NCBI RefSeq assembly: GCF_000018785.1
Contig: NC_010163.1
Coordinates: 600,001 to 632,000 of the forward strand
Direction of reading: 5' to 3'
DNA from: Acholeplasma laidlawii PG-8A
GTDB taxonomy: Bacteria > Bacillota_I > Bacilli_A > Acholeplasmatales > Acholeplasmataceae
Length of the DNA stretch: 32,000 nt
In this document: positions 8,808 through 16,741 of the stretch, one piece after another
Numbering within the stretch: position 1 is the stretch's first letter
Layout: each line of letters opens with the position of its first letter
Notes under the pieces: generated by a model
The model's database searches: none
What the model saw: the letters and a program-made list of their open reading frames with translations, nothing else
Told to the model about the DNA's origin: nothing
Translations under genes and position numbers: made by a program

Positions 8808-11012
8808 ATGGAAATAATTAATTTTACTAATCCTGATTCAAAAAAGAACTTTGAATTATCTTTAGATAGTAACATGATATTTATATATGGTGGTAATGGT
8901 AGTGGTAAAACAACATTAAGCCGTAGTTTTCAAACTGATAGCTATATGGTCTTCAATACAGATTTTGTCAATAAAAATGTATATATTGTAAAAAGTACAG
9001 GGGCTGATGTCGATGGTGAAACAAAAGAAAATTTCAGTTCATTATTTTTAGGTGAGGAAGCAGTCGATTTAGCTAAAGAGGTTGAAAAACTTAACGCAAT
9101 GAAAAAAGAACTTGACAGGCAAAATAAAGCTCTTTTTGCGAAGTATAAAGAGAAAGTTCAAACAATCGGATTGATACCCTTCAAAAGTATAACTGATGTA
9201 TTGGAAAAGATAGAATACGAATTTGCATTTGATAGTAAATCAGATTACTTTGCAAATCAGGAAAACTTCAAGTTGAGTAAATTGTTACCTACAACTATAA
9301 GTAGTGAAAAAGAGTTTGATGAGTCTATGAGAATTTATAAAGAAGACCACACTATTCAAAGTTTGAATAAAGATATTGAAAAAAACCCTAATTTGAGATC
9401 TTTGATTTTTGATAAAGTAAATGTTATTGATACTAATCAAATTGAAAAGTATAACAATATTGTTAATGACATTAAGATTTTAGAGCAAAGCTTTATTAAA
9501 GGGAAAAACCCTTCTGAAACAAAGGCATGGATAAAAAAAGGTGTTGCAATACATGACGAGTTGGTTGACTGTATTTTTTGTGGTAATAAGGATATTAAGA
9601 GTAAAATTGAAGAGTGGAAGAATAAACTTGATAACAAACTTCTGAAAGAAAAAGATTCACTTGTTGAGCATTTAAAAAATGTTAAGAATGATTTGGATAT
9701 AATTTTAAGAAATAGAACCTTGTACAAAGATATTGTACCTAAAATAATCTCAACGCTTTCATCATTAAATGGTATTGTTGATGTCTATTTATCTTGCGTT
9801 GTTGAAAATAAAATAATTACCATTAGTGAATACACGATCGATATTGATTCTATCCAAAAAGCGGCACAAAATAGGAACTTAGAGCTGTTAAACTATTTAA
9901 CTAATAAAGAGCTTAATGAGTTATCATATAGTTATGTTTTTCAAGTTGAAATCGAATCTTTTCTTAAAAAGCAAATAGAAGATTCAGAAAAACTAAATCT
10001 CATATATGCAAATGAGACAGCTAACTCTATAAACGAAATTTCTAAGATTTTAGGATTTACTAAAGATATAAAAGTTGATTTAGAAAAACGTGGTGACATG
10101 CCAAAAATTGCACTTCAAAGTCAAAATAAAGCAACTAAGATTTCTCAGTATAGCGAAGGACAAAGGCACAAGCTAGCTTTGGCTGTATTTTTTTCCAAAT
10201 GCACAAAAAGTAAAAAAAAGTTTGAAGCAATTGTATTAGATGACCCAGTAATTACTTTAGATGTTAAAGCGTATCATGCTTTAAAAGGATTGTTAAAAGA
10301 TGAAAGATTTCAGAAAGCCAAAAGATTAATCATAACTACACATAATATTCATTATTTGTATGTTCAAATGTCAAATATTTTAGAAGATGAGCAGCTCAGA
10401 AAATATACGAAATTATACGAAATTACATCAGATACATTTAAAGATATCCCGTTAGATGTTCTTAAGTCAGATGATGTATCTTTATACACCAACTATTTAA
10501 AATCAATGACTAGTTATGATCAGTTGGGTTATATTTATTGGCTTTCATCTAAGATAGCACGATATTTTCTAGATTTAAGATTAAGATTTAATGGCATAAT
10601 GTCAGCACAAAGCATGTCTTTAGAGATTGATTTGTTAGATCTTGTTGAAAGCGAAAAGCATGAACTGCAACAATACTTCAATATACTTTCAGAAACATGC
10701 AAAAAAAAGAATTTGACTGTAAAAAGTATTATTGAGTCTTTCATTTCAGTCAATCAAATACTAAAAATTTTAGGGTTTCCCCAACTTGTTAATCAAAGCA
10801 CAATTAAACAATTTGAACAATATGAGAGTGAAATTGTAAAAATTAATGATGAGAGTATAAATGTGTACGATGAATTATTGGTATATGCAAGAGGGATCCA
10901 TTTCTATGAAGGTACTGATCGTGCTCTACAAGAAATGAAAAATTATATTAACCACCCTAGAAATCAAATAACAGAAAGTATGTTGGTTTTAAAAGCTAGT
11001 AAAGATATATGA
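8808..11012 (+). CDS. AAA_13/RloC-like ABC-type ATPase with a long coiled-coil insertion, a CxxC hook-like motif and an extra C-terminal domain
   Basis: AAGGGGGA RBS before ATG 8808. Walker A GGNGSGKTT (8889-8915). A ~400-aa K/E/N-rich insertion carries CIFC (9570-9581). ABC signature YSEGQRHKLA, Walker B AIVLDDPV, H-loop TTHN, then ~220 aa containing ARYFLD and INHPRN. Confidence 0.7.
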   Translation: MEIINFTNPDSKKNFELSLDSNMIFIYGGNGSGKTTLSRSFQTDSYMVFNTDFVNKNVYIVKSTGADVDGETKENFSSLFLGEEAVDLAKEVEKLNAMKKELDRQNKALFAKYKEKVQTIGLIPFKSITDVLEKIEYEFAFDSKSDYFANQENFKLSKLLPTTISSEKEFDESMRIYKEDHTIQSLNKDIEKNPNLRSLIFDKVNVIDTNQIEKYNNIVNDIKILEQSFIKGKNPSETKAWIKKGVAIHDELVDCIFCGNKDIKSKIEEWKNKLDNKLLKEKDSLVEHLKNVKNDLDIILRNRTLYKDIVPKIISTLSSLNGIVDVYLSCVVENKIITISEYTIDIDSIQKAAQNRNLELLNYLTNKELNELSYSYVFQVEIESFLKKQIEDSEKLNLIYANETANSINEISKILGFTKDIKVDLEKRGDMPKIALQSQNKATKISQYSEGQRHKLALAVFFSKCTKSKKKFEAIVLDDPVITLDVKAYHALKGLLKDERFQKAKRLIITTHNIHYLYVQMSNILEDEQLRKYTKLYEITSDTFKDIPLDVLKSDDVSLYTNYLKSMTSYDQLGYIYWLSSKIARYFLDLRLRFNGIMSAQSMSLEIDLLDLVESEKHELQQYFNILSETCKKKNLTVKSIIESFISVNQILKILGFPQLVNQSTIKQFEQYESEIVKINDESINVYDELLVYARGIHFYEGTDRALQEMKNYINHPRNQITESMLVLKASKDI

Positions 11013-11163
11013 TTGTTGCGTCTGATCAGAGAGTATGTTCTTATTCGTATGAAATCTAATGGTAGATATTCTGTATTTATACTTACTGTATTAATCTGTC
11101 GACTTTCAAATTTAATAGAGTTAGGTTTTATCAATATCAATTGTATGAATGTGAGGTTATAAT

Positions 11164-11838
11164 ATGAAACAGAGTCAAATTGATCAATTAAAAAATCAGT
11201 TAAAGCAAATCCTGGATCAGAATATTAATGTTATTAATCAAGATGGTTTTTTGGATAAAAATCAGATTCCTAGTGGTAGCAAGGTGTATAATATTGAAGC
11301 ATCACTAATGTTTGTAGACATTAGAAGTTCAACTGTTCTGACTGATAGCATTGGCAGAAAGAATATGGTCAAGATTTATAAAATGTTTACAAGCTTATGC
11401 AAGAAGGCTATCAATGATTATAATGGATCAATACTTCAAATTGTTGGTGATGGCATCCTATGTGGATTCACGAATGATTCTACAGGAAATTCCGGACAAA
11501 GAGCAGTTGATGCAGCATTGACCATTCATACATACATAGCGGAGTCAATGAATTCTCTATTAAACAAGGATTGGAAAATTGGCTGTGGTATCGGTATTAG
11601 AACAGGACATGTTTATGTTACAAGGCTTATGACTGATAATGGTAGTGAGGTTGCATATCCTAGTGATATAACAAACTACGCTTCCAAATTTTGTAGCAAA
11701 GCGAAAGAAGAGCAAATTATACTAGACTCAAAAACCTATGAGCACTTAGATCAACATCATAAAGATTTTTGTGAAAATTTCACTACTGATTTATCAAACA
11801 CTTATATTATTAAGGAGGCAACATGGGAGATAAAATAG
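11164..11838 (+). CDS. class III nucleotidyl cyclase domain protein, Pycsar PycC-like
   Basis: 224 aa, cyclase domain only. Metal-binding motifs MFVDIRSSTVLTD and QIVGDGILCGF. Translationally coupled to a small multi-TM protein. Confidence 0.7.
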   Translation: MKQSQIDQLKNQLKQILDQNINVINQDGFLDKNQIPSGSKVYNIEASLMFVDIRSSTVLTDSIGRKNMVKIYKMFTSLCKKAINDYNGSILQIVGDGILCGFTNDSTGNSGQRAVDAALTIHTYIAESMNSLLNKDWKIGCGIGIRTGHVYVTRLMTDNGSEVAYPSDITNYASKFCSKAKEEQIILDSKTYEHLDQHHKDFCENFTTDLSNTYIIKEATWEIK

Positions 11839-12350
11839 ATAAAGCTTTTGATAAAGATACATCATATAGAACACTAGAACTGGTTAACTCATGGATAACT
11901 GCTGCTGATAGTAAATCATCTATATTGTTAGCATTTATTGCTTTGCTTGTAGGATTAACTTCAAACTCCTATAGCAAAATTGTTGATGTTATTTTGAATG
12001 GGAATAATGTGTCAATTACCTTTTGTATAGTAATAGCTGTTTTGTATTTAATAGTTCTAGTTTTAGTTATATACCATTTGATCTTAGTTTTTACAGCAAG
12101 ATTAAAAACAGGTCTTTCAATTGATCGTACTAACCTTGTTTCATTCATATCTGTTTCTAATATGACTGATCAAGAATATCTCGAGTTAACTAAAAAAACA
12201 ACTGATGCAGATATTTGTGAAATGATATTAAAACAAGTAAATGTTAATTCGAAGATAGCTTATCAGAAAATGAAGCAATTCAATAAAGCATTGATGTACT
12301 CTTTTATATTGATTCCGCTAACTATTATAATGGTAACATTTTTAGGATAA
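11823..12350 (+). CDS. small membrane effector, Pycsar PycTM-like
   Basis: AAGGAGG RBS; start overlaps the cyclase stop by 16 nt. WITAADSKSSILLAFIALLVGL, ITFCIVIAVLYLIVLVLVIYHLILVF and a C-terminal ALMYSFILIPLTIIMVTFL are predicted TM helices. Confidence 0.6.
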   Translation: MGDKIDKAFDKDTSYRTLELVNSWITAADSKSSILLAFIALLVGLTSNSYSKIVDVILNGNNVSITFCIVIAVLYLIVLVLVIYHLILVFTARLKTGLSIDRTNLVSFISVSNMTDQEYLELTKKTTDADICEMILKQVNVNSKIAYQKMKQFNKALMYSFILIPLTIIMVTFLG

Positions 12351-12458
12351 TTTTTACTTATAGTGTCTACTTTGTTGACTATAAAGCAAGATTAAAAACA
12401 GGATATTGTATTAGATAGTTTTATTTCAGAAGCTATGGCTTCAAGAAGTGGAGAAGAA

Positions 12459-12911
12459 ATGATGAATAATAATGTTATGATAAAAATTGAAGATATTAAT
12501 AATTCAACACTCACATGTGTAAAACTTGTTGCTAATATGTTGTGCTTGAACTTTACTAAAGAAGATTTAACAAGTTCACTGCATATTCAGTGTTTCTATC
12601 GAATTCATAAAAATAACAAAGTTCTAGTCACTTCACAAGATTATCATACTTTTGATTACGATAATGGTGATGAAGATGGAACAAGCAATGATCTCTGGAA
12701 GAATTTAAGTAATATCTCAAATCAAATAGAAGGTCAACTAGTTACTCAAGTTTTAACGAGTGATTTAAAAGATATTATTCTTTTTTTAAGTAATGATTTT
12801 CATATTGACATTATTATATCAAATAGTAAAAGCAACTTTGAAGATATGATCGAACAATATCGTTTTTTGCCAAGTATAGAAGAAAGTGATCATATAGTAG
12901 TTTATAATTAA
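12459..12911 (+). CDS. hypothetical 150-aa protein (immunity-protein-like small beta-rich fold, speculative)
   Basis: GGAG RBS before ATG 12459. No catalytic motif. LCLNFTKE..LHIQCFYRI..VLVTSQD pattern. Confidence 0.55.
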   Translation: MMNNNVMIKIEDINNSTLTCVKLVANMLCLNFTKEDLTSSLHIQCFYRIHKNNKVLVTSQDYHTFDYDNGDEDGTSNDLWKNLSNISNQIEGQLVTQVLTSDLKDIILFLSNDFHIDIIISNSKSNFEDMIEQYRFLPSIEESDHIVVYN

Positions 12912-12963
12912 CATACTAAAGCATGATACTCTTCAATAAAAATATAGCAGAATAATCTCTTTA

Positions 12964-13020
12964 GAAACATAGGACCAAATTTAAAAATATAGACCAAAAT
13001 GTTTAAACATAGCCATAAAT
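12964..13020 (+). repeat. three imperfect ~18-nt direct repeats spaced ~20 nt (AAAYATAGRMCMWAAAT)
   Basis: GAAACATAGGACCAAAT (12964-12980), AAAAATATAGACCAAAAT (12983-13000), TTAAACATAGCCATAAAT (13003-13020), in the 274-nt spacer upstream of the 140-aa ORF. Confidence 0.45.
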
Positions 13021-13185
13021 TGGGGTTAATAAATTTCTATAAGTTTTGGGGGTATAGTGTAAAAATTACGTTATAACTCTTCATCTTAGACAATCCAAGA
13101 AAAAAGTAAAGAAGATAAAATAAACAGTGTTACAATACCCATTTTTGTATAAATGATCACCTAAAATGAAATGAGGAGATAATGT

Positions 13186-13608
13186 ATGATAGAAAGATAT
13201 GTATTAAATCAAAGCAAGTTACCAACAATACCAGCACCACATGATGCTGTCATTGTTAAATTTGGGGTAGATGACGAATTTCTAGTATTGTATTTTGAGG
13301 ACAATATTAGTCATCGTGATTCAGTTAAATATGATCATCCAAATGCCAATACACTCATTATGAAGTTTCATTTGTTAAATCCTGAACTTGATGTTTACCA
13401 GTGGGAAAGAATTCTTAAAGGTGAAGCCTATATTCTTAAAAACTCGAAAAAAATGATTCGAAAATGGAATAAAAACAAAGGCTTTAATATGTCATATTTA
13501 TATCATTATGTTGCGTACAATTCAATCATCATAAATTTATTAAAATCTGAAAATGTCTATATTCAACTTGAAGTAGATTATATTGAATATGAATGGATTG
13601 AAAAATGA
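13186..13608 (+). CDS. hypothetical 140-aa protein
   Basis: Strong RBS GAGGAG 8 nt upstream. No recognisable motif. Ends VYIQLEVDYIEYEWIEK, reminiscent of small immunity-type proteins. Confidence 0.6.
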   Translation: MIERYVLNQSKLPTIPAPHDAVIVKFGVDDEFLVLYFEDNISHRDSVKYDHPNANTLIMKFHLLNPELDVYQWERILKGEAYILKNSKKMIRKWNKNKGFNMSYLYHYVAYNSIIINLLKSENVYIQLEVDYIEYEWIEK

Positions 13609-13652
13609 AATAATTTAAATTTCAATGAAGATGGAGGAGAGAATATACCAAG

Positions 13653-14030
13653 ATGAAAGCAAAAAATGTATTTAGTGGCAAAAGAAAAGTAACGAAATAT
13701 TTGAGTGGTTTGAATGGCGAAAGTAATAAGCAAATAGATTTATTACGATTGTATATTAGTGGAGCATTAGAAGAAACACTCAAAAAATATGAATTCGATT
13801 TAATAGAAGTATTTGTTGATAAACTAAGAAATAAAAAACTACATTTACAAATGAATTTACGAAATCAAAACAAAAATATAGGTTTAGATTTCTTCAGCGA
13901 TTACTATGAGTTTTGTTTTTATTTAGCTGGGTGTGAGCCAGAAGATGTTGAAAATTCAATAGTGAAATATGAGTATAATGGATTTGATTTGGATGCATTG
14001 TTGAAAGAGATGGAATCTAAATTAAGCTAA
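13653..14030 (+). CDS. hypothetical 125-aa protein
   Basis: GGAGGAG RBS at 13634-13640. No recognisable motif. Confidence 0.55.
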   Translation: MKAKNVFSGKRKVTKYLSGLNGESNKQIDLLRLYISGALEETLKKYEFDLIEVFVDKLRNKKLHLQMNLRNQNKNIGLDFFSDYYEFCFYLAGCEPEDVENSIVKYEYNGFDLDALLKEMESKLS

Positions 14031-14364
14031 TATAGTTTTTAGAAACAATATTAATAAAACTTATGAAAAACCTTGTCAAGTTAAATATCCAATTTGTGTA
14101 CTATTGTGCTTAAAGCTGTAAGCTTCTAGTGCAATTATTTATAGTAAAGTTAGCCTAGAGGTTATCAAAAATAGTGATAAAGTCCATAATGACAAGACAG
14201 TCGAGTAGAGGGGATGTAAACCCTATTGATTATTTTTATGTGAAAAAATCAACGATGGTGTTTCAACTAGATAATTTCAAAGTATAACCCTCTATAATAT
14301 GTTACTTTGGTATTTTAGATACCTATCTAACCATGTAAGGGGGAACATATTTTAGTCGATTTTG

Positions 14365-14381
14365 ATGTTACTTCAATACAC
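14365..14381 (+). repeat. right copy of 17-nt direct repeat ATGTTACTTCAATACAC
   Basis: Exact match to 5729-5745. Confidence 0.5.
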
Positions 14382-14419
14382 ACAAGGTTGATTTTGCAAG
14401 CAATTTGTTTGTTTCAACG

Positions 14420-14442
14420 CACGTTGAAAACATCGTATTGCT
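14420..14442 (+). repeat. right copy of the 23-nt direct repeat (attR core), heading the displaced original 3' end of the methyltransferase gene
   Basis: Exact match to 5602-5624. It continues in frame as HVENIVLLSLKTA* (to 14461), followed by its own terminator. Confidence 0.85.
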
Positions 14443-14486
14443 TTCTCTAAAAACCGCTTAACAAAGCCGTTCGTATAATAGAACAA

Positions 14487-14530
14487 GAAGCATTTACCCC
14501 TTTAAAACTGGGTTAAATGCTTCTTTTTTA
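14487..14530 (+). terminator. rho-independent terminator, presumably the original terminator of the methyltransferase gene
   Basis: GAAGCATTTACCC ... GGGTTAAATGCTTC stem followed by TTTTTT. Confidence 0.7.
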
Positions 14531-14539
14531 CTTTTTGCC

Positions 14540-14597
14540 CAATGTGGAAACATATCGAAATCAATGTGGAAACATCAAACTATGCTTTAAGCATATA
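14540..14597. repeat. repeat cluster at the left end of the phage-like element: 2x CAATGTGGAAACAT plus palindromic TATGCTTTAAGCATATA
   Basis: Direct 14-mers at 14540-14553 and 14562-14575 (22-nt phasing). Inverted repeat TATGCTT-T-AAGCATA at 14581-14595. Lies 37 nt beyond the recombinase stop codon. Confidence 0.5.
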
Positions 14598-14633
14598 TTT
14601 TCTTGAGTGTGAGAACATCTTTTTGCTAAAAAA

Positions 14634-16352
14634 TTATATCACTACAACTCGATATAACATCTTAGCTAAGCCATCGGGTGCGTGATATGTTTCCACAATG
14701 ATTGGTTCAGTTTTTAAGAACTCAAAACGTCGTTCTTTGAACTCATTGTCTGAATAATTCTTGGTTCCAGCAATACAGTATACAATCTCATTTGGATTGA
14801 CTGATATCATTTTATAGATGAATGTACTTAAAATCTCTGAATCAAGTTCATCGATGACTAAATTCTTTTTACCTAAAATCTCATTGATTTTATCCATACG
14901 TTTTCTGGTGTCATAATTTTTTACGTGTTCAAGTTCAAGCTTGTTAATCTCAGCAGTTAGAACTTTAAGACGATCGGAGTATTCTCTATACTTGGTATTA
15001 AATATTGATTCTGGAATATCTGGTGTTTTTACTTTTGTATCAATTAGATTGGATAATGCTATTTCGTTTTCATCTCTTTCTAATGTTAACTTTTCAATGA
15101 TACCTTGGACATCATCGACTTTGATGGTTGATTTAATTATCCTTTGAATGGTTGACATGATATCTAGATCCTTTAAGAAGACTTTGTTTAGCATATGGAT
15201 TGTGGTTGCTTCAATAAGATCTTGATGACTTGCCTTTGCATTACAATTTGCTTTACCTTCAATGTAGCTACCACACTGTTGCATCACCCTTTGTGATGGC
15301 TTACCGTAGTTCCAATAACGTCTTTTTAGCGTTCGACCACATTCGCTACATATAATCATTGCGGTTAAAGGATATGTTCTACTATATTTTGAGAGGTTTT
15401 TATCCTCGCCAATTCTAACCTTAGCTCTATCTTTTCTAATGCGTTGTGCAAGTTCAAAAGTATCTCTATCGATGATTGCTTCATGACTGTTTTCTGTATA
15501 ATAAGTAGGTGCATGATTTTTATTCTTAACTCTTGTGTGACTCAAATAATCGATGCTTATTGTTTTTTGCTGCAGCATATCACCCATGTATTTTTCATTT
15601 TTTAAAATGGTTGTAATCGTTGAAAGTCGCCACTCTGTTTTACCAGCACCTGTTTTTGCACCCATCTCAATGAGTTGCTTTGCAATTTTAGCTGGACCAA
15701 CACCACTAATGTACAAATTGAATATGAGTTTAACAATCTGTGCTTCCTCAGGTACAACCACTAAGTTTCCACCTTTTTTATCCTTCGTATAACCAAGGAA
15801 GCGTTTGTGGTTGATAATAGGCACACCCTCTCTAAAACGACGTTGAACATTCCATTTGACGTTTTCTGATACGTTTCTTGCTTCCTCCTGTGCCATTGAT
15901 GACATGATGGTGAGAAGAAACTCTACTTTAGGATCTAGGGAACTAATGTTTTCTTTTTCAAAAATAATCTCTACATTGATTTGTCTTAACTCTCTAATGT
16001 AGTTTAGTGCATCCACAGTGTTTCTTGCAAACCTGGATATTGATTTGGTAAGTATAATATCGATTTGGCCAGCACGTGCTTTTTCGATCATTAAGTTAAA
16101 CTGTTTTCTGTTCTTTGTGCTAGTCCCACTGATGCCCTCGTCTGCATAAATGCCATCAAATATCCAATCTGGATTCTTTGTAATTCGTTGTGTATATTCA
16201 TCTCGTTGAGCTTCATAACTTGTTTTTTGTTCTAAGTTGTCTGTTGATACTCGTACATAGGCACATACTCGTTTTCTGGTAATTGGATTATTGATTTGAT
16301 CCAAAGTGTAATGTGTCTTTGGTTGTATGATTCTTACGGTTTTGTTTTTCAT
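14634..16352 (-). CDS. large serine recombinase (phage integrase type)
   Basis: AAAGGAG RBS before the ATG at 16352. Resolvase catalytic domain VCAYVRVSTDNLEQ..SRFARN, recombinase domain, zinc ribbon CSECG...QQCGSY..C, coiled-coil C-terminus. Confidence 0.9.
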   Translation of the reverse strand: MKNKTVRIIQPKTHYTLDQINNPITRKRVCAYVRVSTDNLEQKTSYEAQRDEYTQRITKNPDWIFDGIYADEGISGTSTKNRKQFNLMIEKARAGQIDIILTKSISRFARNTVDALNYIRELRQINVEIIFEKENISSLDPKVEFLLTIMSSMAQEEARNVSENVKWNVQRRFREGVPIINHKRFLGYTKDKKGGNLVVVPEEAQIVKLIFNLYISGVGPAKIAKQLIEMGAKTGAGKTEWRLSTITTILKNEKYMGDMLQQKTISIDYLSHTRVKNKNHAPTYYTENSHEAIIDRDTFELAQRIRKDRAKVRIGEDKNLSKYSRTYPLTAMIICSECGRTLKRRYWNYGKPSQRVMQQCGSYIEGKANCNAKASHQDLIEATTIHMLNKVFLKDLDIMSTIQRIIKSTIKVDDVQGIIEKLTLERDENEIALSNLIDTKVKTPDIPESIFNTKYREYSDRLKVLTAEINKLELEHVKNYDTRKRMDKINEILGKKNLVIDELDSEILSTFIYKMISVNPNEIVYCIAGTKNYSDNEFKERRFEFLKTEPIIVETYHAPDGLAKMLYRVVVI

Positions 16353-16601
16353 ATTTTGACCGCTCCTTTCGTTAGTATATACATCACTCAAAAAGCAATG
16401 AATAGCAAGTCATTAGTGACTCAATCATTGCTTTTTCTAATATCGCTTGTAATACCGTAGGTTGATGCGAGCTTATTGATGATAATACTAAACTCATCGA
16501 TTGTGATGAGTTTTTGATTAAATAGCTTTACTATGATTGATTTGGCTATATTGAATTTCATTTCTGAACTGATAATAATATCCATTTGAATATATATAGA
16601 T

Positions 16602-16633
16602 GCAAAGAAAAAAGGAATCGCTTAAGCAATTCC
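16602..16633 (-). terminator. rho-independent terminator (minus strand) after the repressor gene
   Basis: On the minus strand, GGAATTGC-TTAA-GCGATTCC followed by TTTTTTCTTT. Confidence 0.65.
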
Positions 16634-16741
16634 TTTAAAAGGATCTATCGTCAATTTGATCATATGACAACAACCGTCTGATTTACCAACATCAGTTTAT
16701 CACATTTGAAAAACCAAAACTATATGCTTAGTGCATAATCG

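Noticed and set aside
9437-10753. Antisense ORFs 9437-9727 and 10535-10753 within the ATPase gene
   Set aside because: Both are nested in the 734-aa ATPase CDS, which has clear Walker/ABC motifs. Neither has an RBS or a recognisable motif.
14031-14364. 334-nt non-coding stretch at the right end of the island, examined for ncRNA, retron msr/msd, type III antitoxin repeats or a tRNA
   Set aside because: It contains a promoter-like TTGTCA…TGTGTACTAT and short hairpins only. There are no tandem repeats, no cloverleaf and no reverse transcriptase nearby. Nothing here is supportable by eye.
14941-15792. Plus-strand ORFs 14941-15147 and 15553-15792 inside the serine recombinase gene
   Set aside because: They are antisense to a gene with unambiguous resolvase, recombinase and zinc-ribbon motifs, so they are judged spurious.
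16421-16585. 54-aa minus-strand ORF (MDIIISSEMKFNIAKSIIVKLFNQKLITIDEFSIIINKLASTYGITSDIRKSND) just upstream of the serine recombinase gene
   Set aside because: The position is suggestive, since small accessory genes often precede such recombinases. But there is no Shine-Dalgarno sequence before either ATG, and its 3' end overlaps a hairpin (16391-16437). It is left unannotated and worth a homology search.
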